From positions 343,842 to 407,841 of the forward strand of contig JAJFHE010000050.1 of NCBI GenBank assembly GCA_021775755.1: a stretch of DNA of 64,000 bases, given 5' to 3'. The DNA comes from Hyphomicrobiales bacterium (lineage in GTDB: Bacteria > Pseudomonadota > Alphaproteobacteria > Rhizobiales > JAJFHB01). Below, piece after piece: positions 1 through 10,645 of the stretch. The notes beneath the pieces were generated by a model, which saw only the letters and a list, made by a program, of their open reading frames with translations, was not told the DNA's origin and ran no database searches. Numbering within the stretch: the first letter of the stretch is position 1; each line of letters begins with the position of its first letter. The translations under genes and the position numbers were made by a program.

Positions 1-1079
1 TCCAGCCGTTTCAGCAGGCAGGCGTCGCCATAGGAGTAGAAACGATAGGAATTATCAATGGCCCGGGCGTAGGCGTCCTGCATGAGACCAGTCCCGCAAA
101 ACGCGCAGACCAGCATGAAGAGTGTCGAGCGCGGCAGATGAAAATTAGTGATGAGCAGATCGGCGGACCGAATTGTCTTGCCGGGATGAATGAAGATATC
201 GGTATCGCCTGAGAAGGCATTGAATGCGCCATCGGCATCGAGACAGCTCTCGAGCAGGCGCAACGACGTCGTGCCCACGGCAACAATGCGTCCGCCTGCC
301 TCGCGAACGTCGTTCAAATGGCGCGCGACATCGCCGCTTACCTCGCCCCATTCGGCATGCATACGGTGGTCGGCGAGGTGATCGGCCTTTACCGGCAAAA
401 ACGTTCCGGCCCCGACATGAAGGGTCACGTTGCAAGTTGTAACGCCCGCCGCTCGAATGCGCTCAAGCATGGCATCGGTAAAATGCAGGCCTGCCGTGGG
501 CGCGGCAACGGCGCCGTCATGCGCCGCGTAGACGGTCTGATAGTCCTCCTCATCGCGTATGTCTGGTGTGCGTCTGGATGCAATGTAGGGCGGCAAAGGC
601 ATGATGCCGTGCGCGGCGACAGATTCATCGAGAACGGCGCCTGAGTAGTCAAACGCAAGCACCAGTTCGCCGCCGTCGCGTTTTTCCGCAACGTTTGTGT
701 TCAAGTCCGTAGCGAAACAAGTGTTGGTCGGCCCGGCAAACTCAATGCGGTCACCGGCCTCCAGCTTGCGCGCCGGTTTGGCGAAGGCCGCCCAGCGGTG
801 GCCATCGAGACGTTTGTGCAGTGTCACTTCGATTTTCGGCGTGCCGGTGCCGCGCCCGACGCGCCTGCCAGTTAGCCGCGCCGGGATAACGCGCGTGTCG
901 TTGAATACGAGCGCGTCGCCTTTTCTGAGCAGACCCGGCAGGTCTTCGAACATGGCGTCCGAGATGGCCGGCTCGCGGTCGGGGTCGACGCACAAAAGGC
1001 GAGACGCCCCGCGGGGATCCGCGGGGCGCAGCGCTATCAGATGCTCTGGAAGCTCAAAATCGAATGCGTCGACGCGCAC
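1..1079 (-). CDS. queA: S-adenosylmethionine:tRNA ribosyltransferase-isomerase QueA; last few codons lie beyond the left window edge
   Basis: Absent from the ORF track because it has a GTG start (1077-1079) and no stop inside the window. Manual reverse translation is uninterrupted: (M)[18 protein letters not shown]...[17 protein letters not shown]...[12 protein letters not shown]...[12 protein letters not shown], which are typical QueA motifs. Confidence 0.9.
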   Translation of the reverse strand, partial: MRVDAFDFELPEHLIALRPADPRGASRLLCVDPDREPAISDAMFEDLPGLLRKGDALVFNDTRVIPARLTGRRVGRGTGTPKIEVTLHKRLDGHRWAAFAKPARKLEAGDRIEFAGPTNTCFATDLNTNVAEKRDGGELVLAFDYSGAVLDESVAAHGIMPLPPYIASRRTPDIRDEEDYQTVYAAHDGAVAAPTAGLHFTDAMLERIRAAGVTTCNVTLHVGAGTFLPVKADHLADHRMHAEWGEVSGDVARHLNDVREAGGRIVAVGTTSLRLLESCLDADGAFNAFSGDTDIFIHPGKTIRSADLLITNFHLPRSTLFMLVCAFCGTGLMQDAYARAIDNSYRFYSYGDACLLKRL

Positions 1080-1097
1080 GGGGTTACACTTGTGCGC

Positions 1098-1577
1098 TCA
1101 GGACGCGTCGACCGCGACCTGCATCTTGACGATCCTGTCAGGGTCGGTCACGGGTTCGCCGCGTTTGATTTTGTCGACATTGTCCATGCCGTCCACGACC
1201 TGTCCCCACACCGTGTACTGGCCATCCAGGAAACCGGCTTCGTCAAAGCAGATGAAGAACTGACTGTCGGCGCTGTCCGGGTTCTGGGCGCGCGCCATCG
1301 AAGCGGTGCCGCGCACATGCGGTTCTTGCGAAAACTCCGCTGCAAGGTTGGTGCCCGATCCACCGGCACCGGTACCGCTCGGGTCGCCGCCCTGCGCCAT
1401 GAAACCTTCGATCACACGGTGGAAGGCGATGCCGTCATAAAAACCGTCACGGGTCAGCTCCTTGATCCGCGCCACATGCTGGGGCGCGAGATCGGGGCGC
1501 AGCGCGATCGTTACGCGGCCGTGTTCCAGGTCGAGATAAAGTGTGTTTTCAAGGTCCAGGTTGTCTGTGTCGCTCAT
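1098..1577 (-). CDS. ppiB: Cyclophilin-type peptidyl-prolyl cis-trans isomerase, cytoplasmic form
   Basis: 159-aa ORF with FHRVIEGFMAQGGDP and SQFFICF cyclophilin motifs and no signal peptide. Confidence 0.9.
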   Translation of the reverse strand: MSDTDNLDLENTLYLDLEHGRVTIALRPDLAPQHVARIKELTRDGFYDGIAFHRVIEGFMAQGGDPSGTGAGGSGTNLAAEFSQEPHVRGTASMARAQNPDSADSQFFICFDEAGFLDGQYTVWGQVVDGMDNVDKIKRGEPVTDPDRIVKMQVAVDAS

Positions 1578-1626
1578 TTAGTAGCCTCTTTCGTCCCGAA
1601 CAGGGCCGGGTTTTTGCATGTCTGGT

Positions 1627-2169
<543 letters not shown>

Positions 2170-2224
2170 GCTGGTTTTCTCCAGGGCTGTTCAGGTTTGG
2201 GGAGTTGTACCGTGATGAGGAAAT

Positions 2225-2716
2225 TCAGGATCTATCGGCAATCGCCTTCGCAACGTTTTCCGGCACAAACGGAGTGATGTCTCCGCCCATGGCCGAGATC
2301 TGGCGCACAAAAGTCGACGCTACGAAACCGACGCTCGGGCTCGCAAGCAAAAACACATTTTCAATATCGCCGGCCATGGTGGAATTCATGCCTGCCATCT
2401 GATGTTCATAGTCGAAATCGCTCGCGTTTCGCAAACCCCGCACGATAATTGTGGCGCCATGGTGGCGCGCCGCGTCAACAGCGAGGTTGTCAAAAGTCAC
2501 AACCTCGGCATCCATGCCGGTTTCCGCCGTAACACCTGAAGAGATTTCGCGAAGAAGATCCACCCTTGCCTGCGTATCAAGAAAGCCCTTCTTTTCGTGA
2601 TGAACGCCGACCCCGACAACGAGCCGGTCAACGACTGCAGCACTTCTGGTAATGATGTCAAGATGGCCGTTGGTCGGCGGATCGAAACTGCCTGAATAGA
2701 AACCTGTCCGGGGCAC
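2225..2716 (-). CDS. coaD: Phosphopantetheine adenylyltransferase
   Basis: 163 aa. N-terminal GFYSGSFDPPTNGHLDII (T/HxGH nucleotidyltransferase motif) and typical CoaD length. Confidence 0.92.
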   Translation of the reverse strand: MPRTGFYSGSFDPPTNGHLDIITRSAAVVDRLVVGVGVHHEKKGFLDTQARVDLLREISSGVTAETGMDAEVVTFDNLAVDAARHHGATIIVRGLRNASDFDYEHQMAGMNSTMAGDIENVFLLASPSVGFVASTFVRQISAMGGDITPFVPENVAKAIADRS

Positions 2717-2797
2717 CGGCCTTCTCCCACTTGCGCGTTTGGCGTTCAGTTAATCGAGCTTGCCTTCACTTGCAAGCTCTTGACCGGCACCCGGCAC

Positions 2798-5665
2798 TCA
2801 TGCATCGCCGCCTTCTGACGTCTCCGCACTGCCCTCGACAACCTCATCGGCGGGGTTTTTCCCGTCCTCGCCATCGACAACCTTATCGGCGGAGTCTTCG
2901 TCCTCCTCGCCATCGGCTTCCTCGTCATCGTTGATACGCGCAACCGACATGACGTGTTCATCGCTGGCGGTGTTGAAGATCGTCACGCCTTGCGTGCTGC
3001 GGCCGGCGACACGGATATCGTTGACCGGGCAGCGGATCAGCTGTCCACCATCCGTTACCAGCATGATCTGATCGTCGACGTCCACCGGGAACGCGGCGAG
3101 CAGACGCCCGTTGCGCGGCGTAACGGCCATGGCGATGATGCCCTTGCCGCCGCGGCCGGACACCCGGTACTCAAAGGCCGAGCTGCGTTTGCCATAGCCG
3201 TTTTCCGAAACGGTCAGAATGAACTGTTCCGCCGCGCCGAGTTCGGCGTAGCGTTCGGGGCTGAGAGCGGCCTCTTCGCCATCTTCTTCCCCATCGCCCT
3301 CGACATCCACGGTATCGAGTTCGTCCTCCATCTCGCCCGCGGCGGCGCGGCGCACCGCGTTCGACTGCTTGATGAACGCCCGTGCCTCGGCCGGAGTGGT
3401 TCCGACATGGCGCAGGATAGTCATGGAAATGACCTCGTCGTCGCCAAGTTTCTTGTCGCCGCCAAGCCTGATGCCGCGCACTCCCGTCGACGTGCGTCCG
3501 GCAAACACGCGCACGTCATCGACCCGGAAGCGAATGCACCGGCCATTTGCGGTTACCAGCAGCACGTTGTCCTCGGGCGAGCAGATCCGCACCCTAACGA
3601 TTTCGTCGCCCTCGTCGAGCTTCATGGCGATCTTGCCGGAGCGGTTGATATTGATGAAGTCGGCAAGCGCGTTGCGCCGCACGCCGCCGCTCTTGGTGGC
3701 GAACATGAGCTGATGATCGCCCCAGGTTTCTTCATCGTCGGGCAAGGGCATGACAGTCGAGATGACCTCGCCCTGCGCCAGCGGCAGGAGGTTGATCATC
3801 GCCTTGCCGCGCGCCTGCGGCGTACCGATCGGCAAGCGCCACACCTTCATGCGGTAAACCATGCCGGCTGATGAGAAAAACAGCACCGGCGTGTGCGTGT
3901 TGGCGACAAAAAGCTGGGTGACGAAATCCTCATCGCGCGTCGACATGCCGGAGCGGCCCTTGCCGCCGCGGCGCTGTGCCCGATAGGTGGAGAGCGGAAC
4001 GCGTTTGATGTAGCCGCGATGCGACACGGTCACCACCATGTCTTCGCGCTGGATCAGGTCTTCGTCCTCGACCTCGAATTCAGCCTCGATGATTTCCGAG
4101 CGGCGGGGGTCGGCAAACTCTTCCTTTATGGCGAAAAGCTCATCCTTGATGATCGAGAAGACCCGCTCGCGCGACCGCAGAATTTCAAGATAGTCGCCGA
4201 TCTTGCCGCCAAGATCGTGCAGTTCTTCGGCAATCTCGTCGCCGCCGAGCGCCGTCAGGCGTTGCAGGCGCAGGTCCAGAATGGCGCGTGCCTGCTCCTC
4301 GGACAGCCGGTATGTGCCATCCTCGGCCAGTTTGTGACGCGGGTCGGCGATAAGCTGGATCAGAGGCTCCATATCGCGCGCCGGCCAGGTGCGCGCCATC
4401 AGTTCTTCACGCGCCGTAGCTGGATCGGGCGCCGCACGAATGAGTTTTATGACCTCATCAATGTTGGCCACGGCAATCGCCAGACCAACGAGCACGTGGG
4501 CGCGGTCGCGCGCCTTGCTCAGCAGGAACTTCGTGCGCCGTGTGACGACCTCAACGCGGAAGACGTTGAAGGCGCTCAGAAGATCCTTCAGGTTCATGAT
4601 GTCCGGCCGTCCACCGGACAGCGCCACCATGTTGCAGCTGAACGAGGACTGCAGCGGCGAGAAACGGTAAAGCTGGTTCAAGACCACATCGGCGACCGCA
4701 TCGCGGCGCAGTTCAACAACCACCCGCATGCCGTCGCGGTCGGATTCGTCGCGTATGTCTGAAATGCCCTCGACGCGCTTGTCGCGCACCAGTTCGGCGA
4801 TTTTTTCCACCATCGAGGCCTTGTTCACCTGATAGGGAATTTCGCTGATGATGAGCGCTTCGCGATCCTTGCGGACGGTTTCAACGCCAACAAGTCCGCG
4901 CATGATCACCGAACCACGGCCCGTGTGATAGGCGGACTTGATACCGGCCCGGCCAAGTATGAGCCCTCCGGTCGGGAAGTCGGGCCCAAGCACGATACCG
5001 TTCAGATCCTCAATCGTCAGATCGGGATCGTCGATCAGCGCTACGCATGCGTCGACGACTTCACCAAGATTATGAGGTGGTATGTTGGTCGCCATGCCGA
5101 CGGCGATACCGCCGGCGCCGTTGACCAGGAGATTGGGAAACTTCGCCGGCAGGACCTTCGGTTCGGTTTCTGAATTGTCGTAGTTGTCCTGGAAATCGAC
5201 CGTGTTCTTGTCGATGTCCTCCAAAAGCGCATGCGCGGGCTTGCCCATGCGCACCTCGGTGTACCGCATGGCGGCCGGAGGATCGCCATCGACGGAGCCG
5301 AAATTACCCTGTCCGTCCAACAGCGGCAGCCGCAGGGAAAACGGCTGTGCCATACGCACCAATGCATCGTAGATCGACTGGTCGCCATGCGGGTGATACT
5401 TACCGATGACATCACCGACCACACGGGCGGACTTTCGATACGGCTTGTTCCAGTCGTAACCGTTTTCGTTCATCGAGTGCAGAATGCGACGGTGCACCGG
5501 TTTGAGGCCATCGCGGACGTCAGGCAGCGCGCGGCTGACAATTACGCTCATCGCATAATCGAGATAGCTGCGCCGCATCTCCTGTTCGATAGAGATGTTG
5601 CTGACGCCGGCCTCGTCCGGGGTTTCCGGACCTCCGGTCATGTTGTCACTGTCGGACAAAATCAA
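2798..5665 (-). CDS. gyrA: DNA gyrase subunit A
   Basis: 955-aa ORF with [40 protein letters not shown] and AAMRYTE (catalytic Tyr region), plus an acidic C-terminal tail. The track start at 5665 is TTG; ATG at 5641 is an alternative start. Confidence 0.97.
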   Translation of the reverse strand: MILSDSDNMTGGPETPDEAGVSNISIEQEMRRSYLDYAMSVIVSRALPDVRDGLKPVHRRILHSMNENGYDWNKPYRKSARVVGDVIGKYHPHGDQSIYDALVRMAQPFSLRLPLLDGQGNFGSVDGDPPAAMRYTEVRMGKPAHALLEDIDKNTVDFQDNYDNSETEPKVLPAKFPNLLVNGAGGIAVGMATNIPPHNLGEVVDACVALIDDPDLTIEDLNGIVLGPDFPTGGLILGRAGIKSAYHTGRGSVIMRGLVGVETVRKDREALIISEIPYQVNKASMVEKIAELVRDKRVEGISDIRDESDRDGMRVVVELRRDAVADVVLNQLYRFSPLQSSFSCNMVALSGGRPDIMNLKDLLSAFNVFRVEVVTRRTKFLLSKARDRAHVLVGLAIAVANIDEVIKLIRAAPDPATAREELMARTWPARDMEPLIQLIADPRHKLAEDGTYRLSEEQARAILDLRLQRLTALGGDEIAEELHDLGGKIGDYLEILRSRERVFSIIKDELFAIKEEFADPRRSEIIEAEFEVEDEDLIQREDMVVTVSHRGYIKRVPLSTYRAQRRGGKGRSGMSTRDEDFVTQLFVANTHTPVLFFSSAGMVYRMKVWRLPIGTPQARGKAMINLLPLAQGEVISTVMPLPDDEETWGDHQLMFATKSGGVRRNALADFININRSGKIAMKLDEGDEIVRVRICSPEDNVLLVTANGRCIRFRVDDVRVFAGRTSTGVRGIRLGGDKKLGDDEVISMTILRHVGTTPAEARAFIKQSNAVRRAAAGEMEDELDTVDVEGDGEEDGEEAALSPERYAELGAAEQFILTVSENGYGKRSSAFEYRVSGRGGKGIIAMAVTPRNGRLLAAFPVDVDDQIMLVTDGGQLIRCPVNDIRVAGRSTQGVTIFNTASDEHVMSVARINDDEEADGEEDEDSADKVVDGEDGKNPADEVVEGSAETSEGGDA

Positions 5666-5866
5666 GGGTCTCCGTGCACGGGCGAGAGTTCATTCACAGG
5701 GTTCTGGGAAAACGCAGATCAGGCTGAATTCAGAGATCGAAAAACCACAACTAAACGCCTGATTCGAAACTCGTTTGAGTCTATCAGGTCCAACCTTGCG
5801 CGGCAACGCTCACGGCCACAATAAACGAGAGAATTCCGGGAAAAACCCAAGGGCTACGCAAACATC

Positions 5867-6241
5867 TCAATGCGGTACGGCGACGGGCAATTCAACACCG
5901 CCAAGGCCGTGTTCGCTGTCATGCGCACGCACCACAACGGAGGAGACAATTTCCGAGATTTGAACGCCGGACAAACTGCGTTTGAACGGCTGTTCAGACA
6001 CATGAGGATGATAGAGCGTGCGGGCGCCGGCAACGCTTCCATCGGGCAGCACGACGTCCCATCGGTCGGCACAATGATCCCATCCCTCATCGGCATGGCG
6101 CACGGTGACGTCAAAGCGATAGGTACCATCGGCAACTTTGGTGACATCAACGGCAATAACGTCGGCTTCACCGCCTAAGGCGGCAGCCGGGATCGCAATG
6201 AACGCGACAATCGCAAGCGCAATAAGAGGTTTGCCGAGCAT
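5867..6241 (-). CDS. Hypothetical secreted protein, His/Asp-rich (possible metal binding)
   Basis: Internal ATG at 6241 gives MLGKPLIALAIVAFIAIPAAALG (a signal peptide). The mature part contains HADEGWDH, YHPH and HDSEH. Divergent from the CDF gene. No family recognised. Confidence 0.55.
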   Translation of the reverse strand: MLGKPLIALAIVAFIAIPAAALGGEADVIAVDVTKVADGTYRFDVTVRHADEGWDHCADRWDVVLPDGSVAGARTLYHPHVSEQPFKRSLSGVQISEIVSSVVVRAHDSEHGLGGVELPVAVPH

Positions 6242-6346
6242 TACTTGAAAAACGTCCTTGTTCCCGCGTGAGGTTTTCCGTAACAACAAACCCAGCACCC
6301 TGCCGCACCGGCATCCGCATATCATACGGCCAGACTTGACCTTATC

Positions 6347-7309
6347 ATGGCGTCCTCAGCATCCCGGAAGGTAATTTACGCAGCTCTTGCAGGCAACAGC
6401 CTGATCGCGCTGACAAAATTTGTTGCCTCGGGCCTCACCGGATCGTCGGCGATGCTGTCTGAAGCAATCCATTCCCTCGTCGATACGGGCAATCAACTTC
6501 TGCTGCTGCATGGCCTGCGCCGTTCCCAGCGCGTCGCCGACGAGGACCATCCGTTCGGATACGGCCGCGAGCTCTAATTCTGGAGCTTTGTCGTCTCAAT
6601 CCTGATATTCGCCGTTGGCGCCGGCGTTTCGCTCTATGAGGGCATCCACAAGATCATCGATCCGCAAGAGGTCACCGATCCGCTGATCAACTACATCGTC
6701 CTCTCGCTTGCCATCGTGTTCGAGGCCGGCTCCCTCTATGTCGCCGCCAAGGAGTTCAACAAACTCAGGGGCCGGCGCCAGTGGATCTCAGCCGTTCGCC
6801 ACAGCAAAGACCCGGCCGTGTTTACGGTGCTGTTCGAGGATGTCGCGGCAATGGCGGGCCTCTTCATCGCGCTTGTCGGGCTGTTGCTTGCAGAACACAT
6901 GCAGCTTCCATGGATGGATGGCGCCGCCTCCATCGGCATTGGCCTTGTGCTGGCGCTTACGGCAATATTCCTGGCATATGAAACAAAGGCGCTGCTCATC
7001 GGCGAGGCGGCAAGCGAGGTGTTGCGGGTCGGCGTTCAGGAAATCGTCGCCAATGCGGATTCCGTGCGCCACATCAACGAATTGCGCACCATGCATATGG
7101 GACCGGAAGACGTGCTGCTGGCAATCAGCCTCGACTTCCACGATGACCTGACAGCGGGTAAAGTCGAAGAAGCGATCTACATCCTGGAAATGGCCATCAA
7201 GGCGCGGTTCCCGGAAATCACGCGGTTGTTTATCGAGGTTCAGTCAAAGGAACGCCACGACGAAGTGGCCGCCAAGGAAGCCGCGCAACGCTCTGCCGCA
7301 CGGCGGTAA
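6347..7309 (+). pseudogene. Cation diffusion facilitator (CDF) family efflux transporter, interrupted by one in-frame TAA at 6575-6577
   Basis: Track ORFs 6347..6577 and 6716..7309 share one frame. Read-through translation is continuous CDF sequence: ...[11 protein letters not shown]...[35 protein letters not shown]... The C-terminal cytoplasmic domain is intact. Confidence 0.8.
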
Positions 7310-7316
7310 GCCTCCT

Positions 7317-7733
7317 TCAGAACTTGCGGAAGCGGATCGGGCCGCCATGGTCGGCGGTAAACCAGTCGCCATCGCGCTGCACATAGCTGCATTCGAACTT
7401 GCCCTTGGTCCAGGCATCCCAGGCAACGCACAGGCGTCCTTCGCTGACGACCCAGTAGCCGTAGTCAATCTCACCCATCATGCGGCCGCTGAGCCGGCCG
7501 TTGGAGGAGGCATTGATGCGCACGTCGACGAGACCATGCACAACGCCTTCAAACGAACCAGGAAACAGCAACTTCAATGCGCTCGTATCCAAGCTTTCAC
7601 CCGCATGGGCGTGGAACGGCGACGCCAGGGTGATGCCTGCGGCCAATACGGCACCGGCCGCGGCTTTCAGGAAGGCACGTCGACGTGGCGGAGTGCGGGA
7701 GTGTTTTTGAGAGCTATGATTTGATTGCGGCAT
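7317..7733 (-). CDS. Hypothetical periplasmic protein with twin-arginine signal
   Basis: ATG at 7733 gives MPQSNHSSQKHSRTPPRRRAFLKAAAGAVLAAGITLASPFHAHA (Tat motif RRxFLK, AHA cleavage site). The track start at 7751 is TTG. Family not recognised. Confidence 0.6.
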   Translation of the reverse strand: MPQSNHSSQKHSRTPPRRRAFLKAAAGAVLAAGITLASPFHAHAGESLDTSALKLLFPGSFEGVVHGLVDVRINASSNGRLSGRMMGEIDYGYWVVSEGRLCVAWDAWTKGKFECSYVQRDGDWFTADHGGPIRFRKF

Positions 7734-7988
7734 CTTCTCACCAATCTTCAACGGTTCCAGGCGACGGTGCGCGGTACGCCTGATGGTTCTGCACCGTCAC
7801 TACGGCAAATCCTGCTGCGAGTGCCCGCGCGTTAAGGATTTGTTTGCAATTGGCGTGCCGGTTGCCGCAACCCCCTTAAAGAGTTGCCAGCAAACCTTTG
7901 ATTTGTTGGATAAACCCGTGTCCCGATGCCTGCTCTCCGCGAGCGCAATCACCCCCGATTCAAGCGCGTTCAGATTAGACCGCGCGGT

Positions 7989-8011
7989 CGAAAACGAACG
8001 CCGCCGGGCGT
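7989..8011 (-). terminator. Candidate intrinsic terminator downstream of ssb
   Basis: The minus strand reads ACGCC-cggc-GGCGT followed by TCGTTTTCG, about 90 nt after the ssb stop. The stem is short, so support is moderate. Confidence 0.35.
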
Positions 8012-8102
8012 GTTTCGTGCCAGACTGACACAACGCACCACAGACCGGGCGGACGGAACTGCGCTGCCCGGACCGCCTTCACGACATCGCCGGCTGACAA
8101 CG

Positions 8103-8609
8103 TCAGAACGGGATTTCGTCGTCGAGTTCCTGTGAAAAATCCGGACGCTGTCCGCCGCCACCGCCACCGCCACCACCACTGCCGCCGCGGCTTTCCATCG
8201 GACTTGACTGACCGAAATCGCTTCCGCCGCGAGTATCGCCGGCACCTTCCGAGCCACCGCGCCCATCAAGCATGGTAAGCGTTGAGTTGAAGCCCTGAAG
8301 AACGATTTCGGTGGTATAGCGCTCCGTACCGGACTGGTCTTCCCATTTGCGGGTCTGGATCTGGCCCTCCAGATAGACCTTGGAGCCCTTGCGCAGATAC
8401 TGTTCGGCGATACGGCAAAGGCCCTCGGAGAAAATGACGATACGGTGCCACTCGGTACGCTCGCGCCGCTCTCCGGTGCTGCGATCTTTCCAGCTCTCCG
8501 AAGTGGCAATCCGCAAGTTGCAGATGGGCCTGCCATCCTGAGTGTGCCTGATTTCCGGATCGGCACCGAGATTGCCGATAAGAATGACCTTGTTGACGGA
8601 TCCTGCCAT
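8103..8609 (-). CDS. ssb: Single-stranded DNA-binding protein
   Basis: [19 protein letters not shown]... OB-fold, Gly-rich linker (a run of nine Gly) and the canonical acidic tail DDEIPF. The start is the internal ATG at 8609. Confidence 0.95.
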   Translation of the reverse strand: MAGSVNKVILIGNLGADPEIRHTQDGRPICNLRIATSESWKDRSTGERRERTEWHRIVIFSEGLCRIAEQYLRKGSKVYLEGQIQTRKWEDQSGTERYTTEIVLQGFNSTLTMLDGRGGSEGAGDTRGGSDFGQSSPMESRGGSGGGGGGGGGQRPDFSQELDDEIPF

Positions 8610-8760
8610 GTCCTGCCTCGTGTGAACTCTTGCTGGTGCAAACACCTGTTGGCGGCGTTGAAATTATCCGCACCCTACCCGATCGCCCGCGCCGCCTCTA
8701 CAAACGGGCAAACTAATCCACAGTCCATTGCCCGCCGCTAACGTCCGACGAACAGTGTGT

Positions 8761-8775
8761 GTTCGCCTTATGTTC
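8761..8775 (-). promoter_or_regulatory. Alphaproteobacterial LexA (SOS) box, GTTC-N7-GTTC (GAAC-N7-GAAC on the ssb strand)
   Basis: GTTCgccttatGTTC about 150 nt upstream of the ssb start. It is preceded by GAAC-N7 (8750-8760), giving GAAC-N7-GTTC-N7-GTTC. Confidence 0.55.
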
Positions 8776-8841
8776 TATCACGCACCGGTGTTCTCCGCAA
8801 GATAGCGGCTGGAGACCGGATGGCATTGAACGTGGCGGCAA

Positions 8842-10098
8842 TCATCGAATGAGTGCCGCAATGCGCTGCTTTAGAAACTGCCGCTCGATGTCGTTGTCGC
8901 TCAATCCGAGCGCCGTCGAATAGGCGTTGCTTGCGCCACCAAAGTCACCTTTGCGGCGCAGCATGTCCGCCCGGGCAACATGATAGGGCTGATAGCGGTC
9001 CAGGCTGCCATCCGCGCCGAGCCGGTCAAGTTCCACGAGCGCGTCGCCCGGACCGTCGGCGAATGACCGCGCGACGGCCGCGTTCAGCGCGACGACCGAC
9101 GATGGCTGGATTTCATGGAGCTTCTTGTACAGCCTGCAGATCTCCGCCCAGTCCGTTGCTTCAAAGTTGTGCGCATCCGAGTGGACTGCACTTATGGCCG
9201 CCTGGAGTTGGTATGGTCCGACAGCACCGCAGGCGAGCGCGGAAATCAGCAGGCTGCGTCCCCGCCTGATCTGGCCGCGGTCCCACAAGGAGCGGTCCTG
9301 CGTTTCCAAGGTCATGAGGCCGCCGGTTGCACTGCTGCGCGCCGTGCGCCGGGCATCATGCAGAAGCATAAGCGCGAGCAGTCCTTGTCCTTCCGGCTCA
9401 TCTGGGAGAAGTGCCTGCAGAATTTCCGCCAATCTGATCGCTTCCCTGCACAGGTCCTCGCGAACCAGATTGCTGCCGGACGATGCCGCATAGCCCTCGT
9501 TGAAGATCAGATAGACGACCGACAACACGGCATGCAGCCGCTCGGGCAGCATATTGGCATCGGGCACGCGATAAGGTATCTGCGCACCTGCAATCTTGCG
9601 CTTCGCACGCACCAGACGCTGCGCCATGGTTTGCTCGCTCACCAGAAAAGCGCGCGCAATCTCAGGCGTGGTGATGCCGCCGACAGTCCGCAGGGTCAAG
9701 GCAACGCGCGCCTCCATGGTTAGCGCCGGATGGCAACAGGTGAAAATCAGCTTCAACCGTTCATCGGGTATCGGCTGATCGGCTTCCATCGTGTCGGTTT
9801 GCGATTCAAGCTGGCGCAACATCTCATATTCGGCGTGCTTGGCGCCTCCCGTCGTGTCGCGGCGAAATCTGTCGATTGCCCGGCGCTGCGCCGTCTTCAA
9901 CAACCAGCCTTGCGGTGAGCCGGGCACACCCTCCACGGGCCAGACCTTGAGCGCGGTCTCGACAGCATCGTGCAGAGCATCTTCAGCGACATCAAAATCC
10001 CGGCAGAAGGATACGAGGGCGGATATCACCCGCCCCCATTCCTCGCGAACAATACGTTCGATAACGGTGTGTGCATTTTGTGCGACAAGAACAGTCAT
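8842..10098 (-). CDS. ECF-type RNA polymerase sigma factor with a long C-terminal (TPR-like) extension
   Basis: 418 aa. The N-terminal region looks like sigma2/sigma4 (EEWGRVISALVSFCRDFDVAEDALHDAVETAL...GWLLKTAQRRAIDRFRR...TPEIARAFLVSEQTMAQRLVRAKRKI) and is followed by roughly 230 aa of helical repeats. It lies 23 nt downstream of a DGPF/YCII gene. Confidence 0.85.
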   Translation of the reverse strand: MTVLVAQNAHTVIERIVREEWGRVISALVSFCRDFDVAEDALHDAVETALKVWPVEGVPGSPQGWLLKTAQRRAIDRFRRDTTGGAKHAEYEMLRQLESQTDTMEADQPIPDERLKLIFTCCHPALTMEARVALTLRTVGGITTPEIARAFLVSEQTMAQRLVRAKRKIAGAQIPYRVPDANMLPERLHAVLSVVYLIFNEGYAASSGSNLVREDLCREAIRLAEILQALLPDEPEGQGLLALMLLHDARRTARSSATGGLMTLETQDRSLWDRGQIRRGRSLLISALACGAVGPYQLQAAISAVHSDAHNFEATDWAEICRLYKKLHEIQPSSVVALNAAVARSFADGPGDALVELDRLGADGSLDRYQPYHVARADMLRRKGDFGGASNAYSTALGLSDNDIERQFLKQRIAALIR

Positions 10099-10121
10099 TA
10101 CCGGCGACGCTTGTGTTTCCG

Positions 10122-10469
10122 CTACATACTCAAAACCGGCCGCACTTCAATGGAGCCGTAGACGGCAGTCGGGATCTTTGCGGCGCGCGCAATGGCATCG
10201 TCGAGATCGGCGCATTCCAAAATATAGTAACCGCCGAGCACTTCCTTTGTTTCCGCAAAGGGACCGTCGACCGCATCGACGTTGCCGCCACGCACGCGAA
10301 CCGTTGTCGCGGTTTCAACACCCTGAAGCGGGGCGCCTTCGTGCATAACGCCTGCGTCGCGGACATCCTTCGTGAATGCCCCGTAGTCAGCCATCAATTG
10401 GTCGAACTCGGGCGTGCCCGGTTGCGGTCCGGATCCATCGGCGCTGTAGATAAGGAACATATACTGCAT
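10122..10469 (-). CDS. YCII-related (DGPF-motif) domain protein
   Basis: 115 aa, MQYMFLIY...VDGPFAETKEVLGGYYILE. The DGPF motif is seen directly. GGAGA Shine-Dalgarno upstream. Confidence 0.85.
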   Translation of the reverse strand: MQYMFLIYSADGSGPQPGTPEFDQLMADYGAFTKDVRDAGVMHEGAPLQGVETATTVRVRGGNVDAVDGPFAETKEVLGGYYILECADLDDAIARAAKIPTAVYGSIEVRPVLSM

Positions 10470-10516
10470 TTTCGGTTCTCCATTTCAGGCGGCTCCAGTG
10501 CGGCCTCCATAGTGAA

Positions 10517-10543
10517 GACGAACGGCACGGCAGCAAATCGACA
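10517..10543 (-). promoter_or_regulatory. Candidate ECF-type promoter TGTCGA-N17-CGTC upstream of the DGPF-sigma operon
   Basis: The minus strand reads TGTCGAtttgctgccgtgccgttCGTCttc, with the -10 element about 48 nt before the DGPF start codon. CGTC is a common ECF -10 core. The group-specific match is from memory only. Confidence 0.35.
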
Positions 10544-10645
10544 AGGCTGTGGAATTTTTGCATCAACCACGATGAATTCCACCAGGCAGCTTTCATCTGC
10601 AGACACTATCCAATATCGTTATGTCCGACCACTGGAGACAAAACG

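Noticed and set aside
697-1263. 188-aa plus-strand ORF and other small ORFs covering 11..1263
   Set aside because: The real gene here is queA on the minus strand (GTG start, runs off the window). The listed ORFs are alternative or antisense frames without motifs.
2800-2935. Approximate tandem duplication (about 40 nt) in the 3' end of gyrA
   Set aside because: It simply encodes the repetitive acidic tail ([13 protein letters not shown] / [13 protein letters not shown]) inside an intact ORF. It is not an independent repeat element.
5727-5736. 10-bp palindrome CTGAATTCAG in the gyrA upstream region
   Set aside because: It is short, contains an EcoRI site and matches no regulator motif I know, so it is likely chance.
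7752-8102. Possible gene or sRNA in the 350-nt gap downstream of ssb (track ORFs 7783..8028, 7800..8033, 7926..8135)
   Set aside because: The ORF products look non-genic and have no Shine-Dalgarno. Only a modest terminator-like hairpin could be supported, and an sRNA cannot be called from sequence alone.
8664-8672. DnaA-box-like TTATCCGCA upstream of ssb
   Set aside because: It is a single copy with one mismatch to TTATCCACA, there is no cluster of boxes or AT-rich unwinding element, and the gene context is not origin-like.
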